Below are positions 40,033 through 51,008 of a DNA stretch of 64,000 nt, in pieces. Origin of the DNA: Azolla caroliniana (lineage: Eukaryota > Plantae > Polypodiophyta); assembly GCA_043228905.1 (NCBI GenBank), contig JBHGNT010000012.1, forward strand, positions 8,742,001 to 8,806,000, in the 5' to 3' direction. How positions within the stretch are numbered: position 1 is the first letter of the stretch; every line of letters begins with the position of its first letter. The position numbers were made by a program, and so were the translations under genes. The notes under the pieces were generated by a model. That model made no database searches. It was not told where the DNA came from and was given only the letters and a program-made list of their open reading frames with translations.

Positions 40033-40298
40033 TGTAGAAAAACAGTGCTCGGCCACAACCGAGGAATAGGTTCAACTTACAGAAAACAGGAAATACAAAA
40101 TGCACGAAGTACAATAGAGAGAAGAGTACACGGGATGTTTGACGTGGAAAACCCTAAATGGGGAAAAACCACGGGAGTCCTCAAACTCCAACTATCACTA
40201 TAAACAGAGATGTACAATGGTGAAGCTACAAGGCAACAACCTTGAGCTCACTGTCTTCGCCACAGGCGGCGGTAATACACAGAGGCAACGACCTCTTC

Positions 40299-40343
<45 letters not shown>

Positions 40344-40719
40344 CTGCTCTCTTCACTCTCTCTTAGTGGAAAAACAGAAAAATGAGCAACAACACAAAAC
40401 TGTTTGCCCTAAGTCATATTTATACCCATATGACTTTCGGGCTATTTACAAATATAGCCTCGAGGGCCCTTGGCAAACATATTCACAAATATGTCCCCGC
40501 ATCCGGATCTCTCTCCGGGTACATGCGTCATCCGGCTCCGTAACCGGGGTCTTCAGCATCCGGCCCCGTAGCCGGGTCTTCGTCATCCGGCTCCGTAGCC
40601 GGGTCTCTTCATCCGGCTCCGTAGCCGGGTACTATTCATCATCCGGTTCCGTAACCGCAACCGGGCTTGCCGTCATTCATCTCCGGACATCCCATCCGGA
40701 GGGACCGTAAATCCCAACA
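40033..40719 (-). mobile_element. Solo LTR (Copia-type, family F)
   Basis: TGT...ACA ends, perfect 5-bp TSD GAACT, minus-strand TATA box, internal catccggctccgtagccggg repeats. U5 motifs resemble the LTR of Copia J. Confidence 0.9.
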
Positions 40720-43700
40720 GAACTCAGGTTTATTGTGGTCTTTCTTGGAAGTCCTATGGTACCAAAGTACAATGTTGTCGGCGTCCTCGAAAGTTGTGGG
40801 GTCCTTGTCATGGACAATCCAATGGTAATCCCCATTGGGAATACCATTAAAAAAACAAGCGACAAACTATTTCTCACCGGTAAGTCCCGATTTTTGGATC
40901 TGGGTTCGAGCATGATGCACATAATCCTCGAGAGAGGTAAATGACTTACTCGACAATGTGAGGAAGTGTTGCACTTGTTCGATTTGAGAAAGCGGTTGCA
41001 AGAACTGTCTCTTAAAAACATCAACGAAACCTTCCCAAGTTCTAGGTAAGTTCTTTGCAATCCTTAGGCCGCACCACCAAGCAGCAACTCGGCCACCTAA
41101 CTCACGACCGACATAACCAATTTTTACAACATCGGGCTTGGGATGGTGCTCAAAATGAGGCTCCCAACGACCAAGCTAAGTGCTAATGGCCTCCTCGGTT
41201 CTTTCTTTCTTATCTTCCTTGAATGGCGTGACTACAAAAGAAGGTTCACCTTCTTTCTTGGACTCAATAGTCAATTCTTGGATTTTCTTTTCCAAAGCCA
41301 TATTGGCTTGCCTAATTTCGGCCAATTGATTCAAGGTAGTAGTGAGCAATTGCTCAATAGTGATTTCAGCTTGTGTGTGAGATGCGGATTGGAGTTGAGA
41401 GGTCTCGGTCGGAGAGATCGCTCCAACAGTGTTCAAAACTTGTTCGATGATGCAAACTATGTGTACGAAATATAAATAAGGAGGTTTAGAAAATACACAA
41501 GCAAAATGAATGCTTGAAATTTTGATTGGAAGAACTTTATCCAAGAAAGCATCTCACGTCTTTACCCCTTTAGACATATGAGATGTGATTCGAGATCCGA
41601 TAACTATGGTAACACTATGGTGTTTTAAAAACCATGGGGGAAAACATAGCCAAGATGTCTTTCTCGGATCTTTATCTTGAAAAATCATGGCGGCTGCCTG
41701 AGGCTCAACCAGGGTTCTAGCATCAATGTAATTTCCTAGTTAGCCTTATATTAAAATGCCAACCCAACATGCATTGATATGGTCGAGAAAGTGTATTACA
41801 TGCAAAAATAAGTGCACTCGCAAGTAATATGCTAGTCTTGCGAGCAACAAGTAAATGGATGAAAAAAGAGATAAAAATAAGTCACTACCAAAAAATGTCA
41901 AGAAGTGACGAAAAGAAGGTTCAAAAAACCCATGTGCTACCTGCTAAAAACAATGTCACAAATAAATGGATGGTGCGAGGTATGCACATATACATCCCAA
42001 TATGGTGGTTGTAATTTGCACAATTGTGACATAAACCACAAATTGATACAAATGGTAGTGGTGTTGTGCGCAAAGATGTAGTACTCAAATTTATGAGTAA
42101 AACATCAATAGTGGAACTCACGTGTTTTTAATCGAGTTCTAAGGCTCGATTACATGACTTAAACCTAGAGAAAACTTTGGAAAAGCTGTTCAAAAAGTGG
42201 CATGATGCCCACTCAATATGAAAAAATAGTCTACATGAATCGTTACACCATTAAACGTACGTAAATAGTGTAGATGAACTTAAAATAAGAGTAAGAAAGA
42301 GAGTTAATTGTGGGTGGGTAAATGATAATTACGAGAAAATCATCAAAAAGTGAAAAGACAATTTGTGTAATTAGAAAATAATTAGAAAAATAATCAATTA
42401 GGTGTATGAAACGTTAAGCATGCCCTAAGGTAAGAAACCTTAGAGTTGTCGACATGCACCTCGTCAAGACCACAACATCCCATAGAATCGGCCAAGTGAT
42501 GGCTCGATAGAGAGTACAATGGCTTAGGTAGTCGACATACACCTTGTTAAGACCACACCATCCCAAAGAATGGCCAAAAAATGGCTGAATAGAGGGAAGA
42601 ATGGCACACAACATCGTATGCAAAAGGGCCATTAGGTAAGCGTGTGCGATTAGTGCAAACACACTCGACCCGATGCACAAGATTAATTATTATCGTAAGA
42701 GATGGTTCAATGGAGGGGAGAGTGGAATAGACAACATAATATGCAAAAGGGCCATGAGTTGAGCGTGTGCGATTAGTGTGAACATGCTCGACAAGATGCA
42801 CAATAATAATTAAAATCATATCATGGTAGAAAGAAGAAGGAATAGAAAAGAAAATGTAATACAATTTCCATGCGACCAAGAATAACACATCATAGAAAAG
42901 AAGAGAGATAGAGAAAGAAGAATAACATGTTTAGAATGTTGTTTTGATCTTGAGAAGAGTATGAAGAGCCTTGTTAGATCCCCATCGCTCACACGCAAAA
43001 ACATCAAAACAACAACAACAAAAATGTTAATGAAAGCTCTGATACCACTGTTAAGAGTTTATTACTAATCAATAGACCAAAATAAAGTAAAAGAAGGAAA
43101 ATAGATTGGGTTGAAGAACCCGTTCCACCCCCGATCTATGATCTAGACATATCCAACCTACCACCGACGTCCCATACCATTGTATATTCGGATGACTAAT
43201 ACCTTGGAAGAGATAAACACGATCGTCGAGACGAAGGCATAACCCGCACCACCGGTGTCTAAGACAACAACCTTCCAACGTAATGTTATGAGGGTAGCTA
43301 AGCCTCATATTTATACCTCTTCCTAGGCCCCTTGAATAGATGTACCTTTCTAAAATGCTCTCCATTCATTGGTTGTCCAAATCATGATAGTGCATGCACC
43401 TATCATTCCTTCTATCCAATCACATTGGTCCCCTCTTTAACATTAGTGAACATACCCTTCACTTATGTAAATATTAATGACCTACCATCACCTACGTTAT
43501 GTGTACATAACAGTTTGCACCGTTGGTCAAAACGTCATCACCACTTCTACAAAATTTTCCTGCCTTTCTGGCAGAGTTCGAGGCGACATTTGGGGATACG
43601 GACTAATGTCGAACTACCATTACCAAACTCTATTCATACATAAAGGTATGCCCCCTGTATCCGTTTATGCCTTTAAATTTAGACAATTAGCATGTGATGT

Positions 43701-46700
43701 TCAGTGGGATGGCCAAGCGCTCTATGACCATTTTCGTTGGGGCCTTCGAAGCGAGATTAAAAATTTACTAAACTTTCTGGAGCCTATTGCATTGTCGCAA
43801 GCCATCATGCAAGCAGTTAGTTGTGACAATTGGTTGTTTGAGCTTTGTCAAGCGACTTCAAGGTGGCAACCCTCTTTGAGATCTCCTCCATCGTCATCGT
43901 GCAATGTCCCTGTGCCAATGGAAATTGATCGAGCTCGAGCCCCACCTCTCACCGAGGTTGAACAGAGGTATCACTAATCCAATGGGCTATGTTTATATTG
44001 TGGTGCATCTATCCATCTAATTCATTTTTCCCAGTAAAAAATAATCAACGACAATTATCTACAAACAATATGACTAGACGGCTCCAATAGCCAGAAAACA
44101 ACAGTGTCCAACAATAGTAGGAGCCATGTGGTTGGACAATCCGCATTCATGTTGCTCCAATAGTTTCGCTACATCTACAGAAGATTTCTCCTTCCCTGTA
44201 AGCATCCATTTCAAGTCTATTTCTATTAGGTCCTTAGCACTTCTCGATTTCGGGGCAACAACATGTTTTATGGACGAAACATATGGTCTCCTTCAACCTC
44301 TCCCAATCCCCAAATAGCCTTGGGCCTCTCTTTCCATGGATTTCAAAATTGACCTTCCCTTTGTTGGTGGTTACGACTCGGTGTTCGTCATGGTCGATTG
44401 CTTCGTCAAGATGGCCCATTTTGCTCTATGTGCCAAAACCATTTTCGGAGAGGAGACAACTGATTTGTTTTTCAAAAATGTTGTTCAACTACATGGACTC
44501 CCAGACGATATCACTTCTGATCAAGGGGACCACAATTTGTTTCCAATTTTTGGAGGCACTTTCTGCAAACCTTCTGTTGTACTGTGAATCTGTCTTCAGC
44601 CTATCATCCGCAAACCGATGGACAAATAGAGTAGGTTAACCAAATCCTGGAATAGTACTTGCCGTGCTCTCTTAGCTACCAACAAGATGACTGGGTTGAC
44701 CTTCTCCCACTTGCCGACTTTGCCTACAACAACTCTCTGCATGCGTCTACGAGAGTTACTCCATTTTTTGCAAACTACGGTCTCCACCCCCCTTCAATAT
44801 TTCTCTTCCCTCTAACTCTGTCAATCCTTCTATGGAGGGCTGAGCACGTCTCTTGGAGATGTACATCATGACCTTTTCTTGGAGCTCACCCTCATTGGAG
44901 AACGCTACAAGGTACAAGCTGACGGTCTTCACTCAGATGCCCCCTGGTTTGAGGTGGGTGAATTTGTTTGGCTTCTTCGTCGCAATATTGCCACCATTCG
45001 TCCTTGCCCGAAGCTCGATTACAAGAAGTTAGGCCCTTTCAGAATCATCGAGAAAATTGGTTCCATGGTTGTCTGCTTAGAGCTACCATCTCGCTTCCGT
45101 ATTCATAATGTATTCCATGTCTCCCTTCTTGAACCTCACCATCTATCTGAAATCCCTGGTTGACACCCTTCTTCTCCACCACTAATCCAACTCTCGATCG
45201 GAGAAGAATATGAGGTCGACCAAATTCTCGACTCTTGTCTCTTCCATCGCTAGTTTCAATATCTTGTCCTCTGGAAAGGGTACCTAATCTCCGAAGCAAC
45301 ATGGGAGCTGGCACAACATCTCAAGCATGCCCCAGACGTAGTTCGGGTATTTCATGAACGATATCCACAAAAACCAAGGCGGAGTTTTCACGGGCAACCT
45401 TAAAGGGACGATAATGTCATGTATATATGTCAAGTCAAGATGGGTTTTGAACCCATGACTTTGTCTATGTAATCAATCAGTCTAGCCAATTAATCAAAAA
45501 TAGAATCATGATATAAACTATATACATATAGGTTGAATATCTCTTTCTGATGTTCCAAAGTTTTGGAACTTTCTAGAAGGTCTTGCATGAAACTCCCTCT
45601 ACTTGCATGCAGAAATCCTTGAACAATATAAATACAGGGGTTCACCTTGATCCCAATCAAGGTGAACAATGCCAATTACGGAATCAAATATTTAGCTTCA
45701 TCTATCTTCTGCTTCTCGCTCATCTCTTAGTATTCTGTCTTCTACATCTTACTCATCTCTTAGAATTCTGTCGTCTGCCCTAGCTCTACTCTACTTTGCT
45801 TTTGACTAGCTTTGTTCTGTTCTACCTTGCTCTTCCCGTGTTTGTGACAGGTGGCTCATATGGAGCAAAAGCAACTTTCTGGCCAGAAGTGCTAGGAATT
45901 TTGGAGAAAACTGGCTCTAATGAGATCCGGAGCAGTGCGGATGACATCGGGGAAGTTACGGGATGGGAGTGCCTCGTAGATAAGAATATCTTACACACCT
46001 TATGTCAATCACATGAGGTGTACGTACATGAGAAGTGATGGCACATGGGTGATGCGGCTGTACCATCGAAGACACCGGCGACCTGGAACTCTGAAGAGAA
46101 GGGAAAAGGGAAGATGATTCTGGCATTCAAACTCACCTCGAACATCGAACAATGGACAAACCTAAAGAAGGTGTTCGAGGAGAGAATCCTCGATAGTCGG
46201 GTGCACTTTTCCCTTTGAGAATTGCTCGGAATCGTGAAGGAGTTCCACGATCTCCTTGTGGATCTCGTAAAAAGAAAGAGGTAGACTACGGAGGAGACAA
46301 ATGCTCCAAGGGTAAATTTGAGTACCATCCTAATGAACGACACAGACGCGGACAATGAAATTCCGAAATCCCACTACACAAAGCCACATTGGGCACGAGC
46401 AACTACGGAGACTCTGGTCCGGATTGGAAACATCAAAGAGCCCGTAGTTGCATTGATTCATCACAGATCGGAGATCAATTTGATGTCCAAGGAGTTCTAC
46501 CAGAAGGGAAAGTGGTCTATAAACACCAGTCATGGATGGAAGATCCGAGCAGCCACGAAAGCCAAAAAATATCTATTTGCGGCTTGTTCGGATGTGACAG
46601 TGAAGATTGGAGATGTGGAGATTGATAAAAATTTCTTCGTGCAAGATGAGATCTCACATTCTGTGGTCTTCGGGCAACCCTTCATTATGGTTTTGAGGAT

Positions 46701-48364
46701 GGAAACAAAGGTGCTTGACAACTGAATGACTTTTGCACAGATTCGGAGCCAAAGGGAAGGAAAATCTGTACAATTCTTGTTGTGCCAATGAATCATGAAA
46801 GGAACAAGAGAGAGCTCTTGTCCCATACAAAAATGGATTTTTAAAGCGGTCTGTTGTAGAGTGGGGGAGTGAAAGTTTGAGGAGCCTTGATACCCCATGT
46901 AGGAGGAAAACTCCCGGAGCAATACAAGTACGAATCAGGCAGATAGGGCATCTACGTACATGGTCTTGACTGGAGTAATGAAGAAAGAACTCCGGAAGAT
47001 GTAGGATGAGCTACGGTTTGCATCAATCATAAAAATGAATAAAGAAATCACGTGGGTTGTTGAGGAAGTGTTCTTCAGGAGGGTACAAATGAGCAATGAA
47101 TCCGGATAGTACCAGTGGAATCGGTCGAAGTATACAAGATCATTACCGAAATGGGGTCGGATGTGCTCCGAAAAGAAGATGTGATGGTTTGCACGAAGTA
47201 TAAGACCGTGGAGAAAAAGGTGAAACCACTACCCGCAAATAGCGAACAAACGAGGAAAGAAGTTTTAGAAGATCCGACACTTCGAAAGTCCATGGATATC
47301 GGGCATACCTTCATGAATGAGACCCAGATGAAACTCCGGATCGATGGAGGTGGGTTCCTCTCACCAAATGACGAAGAATAATTTCGGGAGATGTTAGAGC
47401 AGCATGGCAAGGCATTTGCATTTGCACCAAGGGAAATCGGGTGCATGGACCAGAAGAAAGTTGAGCTGATGGTGGTCTTTTTTGTCCAATTTAAATAATA
47501 TCCTCCATTTGTATTAAACTTAAAGTGGCCAAAGGCAATATACAAAATAGTCCACTATTACAATGAATATTGCAACATATTTAACTAGAAAACTCTTGGA
47601 CACTCATGTAGCTGCAACAATCAAACCACATTTAACATCCAAATCAAGCAAGGAATTACCACCAACACTGGTTTCAAAAAACCCCCTCTTTTTCGAACCT
47701 GAATATGGTTTTTGGCCTTTATCAATGGAGTCTATGCCACATATACTCAACATTCCGTCTTTCATTTTATTAGCCAGCTTCTCCAAAGCACGCCTCAACC
47801 CTACTTCCATGGAGCCGATGGTGGTCTTCACAATCGATCATGTGTCGTGGAATCTGAGGCCGATTCCGCTTCCACGCGTGCATGTTCCGAAGATCATCAA
47901 TTTGGTTAAGGAGAAGGTAGCGATGGGAATTCTTGAGTTATCAAATGCACCGTACTCGAACCAATGGTTCACGGTTCCGAAGAAGAATGGGTCACTCCGG
48001 TTCATTCAAGATTTGCAACCGGTGAACAAAGTAATGATCCGGAACTCTAGAGTCGGACCAATAGTGGATGAATTTGTAGAAGCATTTGTTGAACGCACGA
48101 TATACTCCAATTGGAGACCTATATCTAGATACGAACAATTCCAATTACCCGTGGATAGCCTGAATATCACAATTGTTAGAGCTTAGATCTAAAGTAATCA
48201 TATGATAAGGATAAAAGCCATAGATTATAAGAAAGGAGAGATAGGAAGAAGGGTGCTGATACACCTGACCACCCTTGAGCGAAGGGATCATGACGGACTC
48301 GAGCCTCGATCAACATCCCGTACCATTGTCGTGGCGTCGAGTTGTACCTAGTGTGCTGGAGCGT

Positions 48365-49110
48365 TGTCGGGGTAGTTGTGGTTTGTGCGTCGAAGTCGCA
48401 GGGATGAAGGTTAAGGGGAGTTGAAGGAACTTAAATTTTAATAAGGCTTGTATGTTGATGTTAGAAAGGTTAAGAATAGCAAGAAGAAGAGTTACGAGTA
48501 ATGTGAGAGAGAGAGACGAGAATAGATAGAAGATAGAGACAATATATGATTCAAGAAGCAAGAGTATTTGATATAAACATAATGTATATTAAAAAGACAA
48601 GATTTTACCAACTTTACAATGCTTGATAGCAAGATGAACCCTTTCTCTACCGACCCTTGATTCGAACCCTTGACTCCAACTTGAAAACACGAGCCTCTTC
48701 ACCAACAAGCTAACTTATTATTTGTTTCTTTGATCATCTTATTTCTCTAACTTTCTCTTCATTGATTGATTACCCTGTTTTCCCATTTTATATAAGTGTT
48801 GCCATGCATATGGTAATGTATGGGAGCATGGCATGCATGCAATGCATGAGTTACATGTAATGCATGATCGCCATTTGGCGCATATGTATTGCATGTGATG
48901 CATGGTAGCCATCATGCTCACTTGAGCTCCCATGTATGAAAATAGATATGTGATAAGTATAATGATGAAAATATATTCTAAAGTAACTAACCTAGCTTAG
49001 TGGTGTATACTTTGTGTTTGGTCTACAAGGTTGAGAGTTCAAGTCTCTCAATTTTACTTAATACAATATATAGCTTCATTCTTATATCATGAAGCACATT
49101 CTTCACGACA
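48365..49110 (-). mobile_element. Solo LTR (starts TGTCGTGAAGA on the minus strand) inside the 3' LTR of H
   Basis: TGTCG...CGACA ends; apparent 4-bp TSD GCGT/ACGC (empty site GCGC in the C LTR); two tRNA-like cassettes; CATGCA-rich core. Confidence 0.8.
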
Positions 49111-51008
49111 ACGCTCGTTACAAGAGTTGACCCACAACAATGTTAGAGTCTCGACATAGTCGATAATGTGTCCAATGAGGGTAGCTAGAGAGGGTCTTTC
49201 AACATTGCACTGTTGCAATGGAAAGTTAGGGAAGTTAGTTCTAAGAGTATTTTCGCGTTCCCATGTGGCATCTTTGATATATTTATCCATCTATGTAATT
49301 TTAATTTCTCGGATTATTTTAGTACGCAGAGTTTTTGTTTTAACATCGCGAATTCTGTTTGGTACATGTGGTTTAGAAGATAATTCTTCAGAAGTAACCA
49401 GAGTTTCAATTGTAACTATATTGTCACAAGAACCTAGAAGTTCTTTTAGACGACTTACGTGAAAAACTGGATGAATTTCAACACTATCGGGAAGAGCATG
49501 ACGATAGGCTAATGAACCAATCGGTTTGAGGACTTGAAAAGCTCCACAAAACTGTAGGTCAAACTTAGTGTACTTACTTGTAGACAATGTCTTAGAATTG
49601 TGAGGTACACGTAAAAATACCTTTTGTCCAAGGTTGAATACACGAGGTTGCCTATTATGATCGGTGTAAAAACGCGCTCTATCTTGAGTTGTTTTTATAT
49701 TATGTTGTGGAATATGCAACATATCTTGTATATCCTGAAGAAATTTTTGCATACTTCGCAACTCATCATGATGTATATTAACATCAATCGGGGCTCGTGG
49801 CAGAAAACCATACATCAGCATAAAAGGATTATATCCCGTCGACGTATGCTAGGAGCTGTTATAAGCAAACTCCAAAATTGGGAGATAATGTTCCCATTTT
49901 GTTGGTTTTGCACCAACATATGCTCGAAGCATGTCCTCAATAATTTGATTTACTCCTTTTGTCTGTCCATTGGATTGAGGATGATCCGTGGAGCTCATGC
50001 TCAACGTAGTTTCTAACTTCTTAAAGACTTGTGTCCAGAAGTCACTAGTAAACTTTGGATCTGAATCACTCACGATGTCCATTGGTAACCCATAAAAACG
50101 AAATAACTCGTCAAAAAATTGGTAAGCCAATTCAGGAGCTATTACAGTGGTTTTAGTAGCAATAAATCTGGCCATTTTAGTTAGTCTATCAACCACAACC
50201 CAGATGGCATCATGGCCTTATTGGGTGCGAGGAAGGCTAACAATAAAATCTATGGATATACTTTCCCACTCATTATTGGGAACGTCGAAGGGATGTAAAA
50301 GTCATGTGGCTTTAAGTCACTCGGTTTTGTCAACCTAGCATTGGTGACATTTAGTCACATAGCTAGATATATCAGGACACATGTTAGGCCAATAGAATTG
50401 AGTGGAGATGAGAACGAGTGTGCGATGTATTTCAGTGTGCCCTGTTGAGGGTGCATCATGGCATTAAAAAAGAATTCTCTTTCTGACCTCAAGCAAATCT
50501 GGAACACAAACCTTCCTGTTACGATAGAGCAGACTGTTAGCAATGTGGAAGGATTCCTTCGAGGATGTGGTGGTGTCTATTCCAGACTCAACTCTTGCCC
50601 AATATTTCACAAAATAACTATAACCAGGATACTTTCCTCGAAGGTGATGATAAAGATCTGATGTTATTTCAGTGAAGCTAAGCATGTTAACTTCACGAAT
50701 GTGACTTAATGCATCGGCGATAGTGTTCATGGAATCTTTACGATATCATATGGAAAAATCAAAGTCCTAGATGAGATTTGGCCATCGTGCCTTACGACCT
50801 TTAATCTCTTGTTGGTCACAAAAGTATTTCAAGGACTCGTGGTTTGTAGTTACCACAAAACGATTTCCATAAAGATAATGGCACCATGTCTTGAGCGCAT
50901 GAATAACTGCAAGTAATTCGTTTTCTTGAACGGTATACCGACACTTAGTATAATCAAGTTTCTTATTGTCGAGTGCTATTGGTTTACCATCTTGATATAA
51001 GACAACAT

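Larger units (their letters stand above)
18699..43512 (-). mobile_element. Gypsy E (related to family C), 5' LTR 43049-43512, partial 3' LTR 18699-18904, interrupted by Copia B
   Basis: Perfect TSD GTTTG at 18694-18698 and 43513-43517. LTR homology runs up to ggtgtctaag. PBS TGGTATCAGAGC (tRNA-iMet) at 43036-43047. Decayed gag (41470-40720), protease FLFDSGSSHNF, and RT and RNase H (TDASDHAIG, ELFAVIHAL) at 39850-37680; integrase lost. Confidence 0.88.
17854..45849 (+). mobile_element. Chromovirus A (Tcn1/Tf1-like Gypsy), LTRs 17854-18264 and 45415-45849, RT/RNase H deleted
   Basis: Homologous TGTCA...TGACA LTRs; TSD GGTGT/GGTGG. Gag EPNISLHDKFDG..QAWF|APL resumes at 43513. The protease (ALLDFGAT) joins directly to integrase (MDF..DLP, YHPQTDGQ, YKKLGPF, FHVSLL). 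Chromodomain-like tail; PPT before 45415. Confidence 0.88.

Noticed and set aside
18699-43512. A single chimeric element with a Gypsy 5' half and a Copia 3' half
   Set aside because: LTR homology stops at 18904, where a separate TGT...ACA LTR starts; explained by Copia B inserting into the 3' LTR of E followed by a deletion.
48990-49056. Functional tRNA genes at the A/B-box cassettes
   Set aside because: No convincing acceptor or anticodon stems could be drawn, and all lie inside retroelements; treated as tRNA-like promoter elements.
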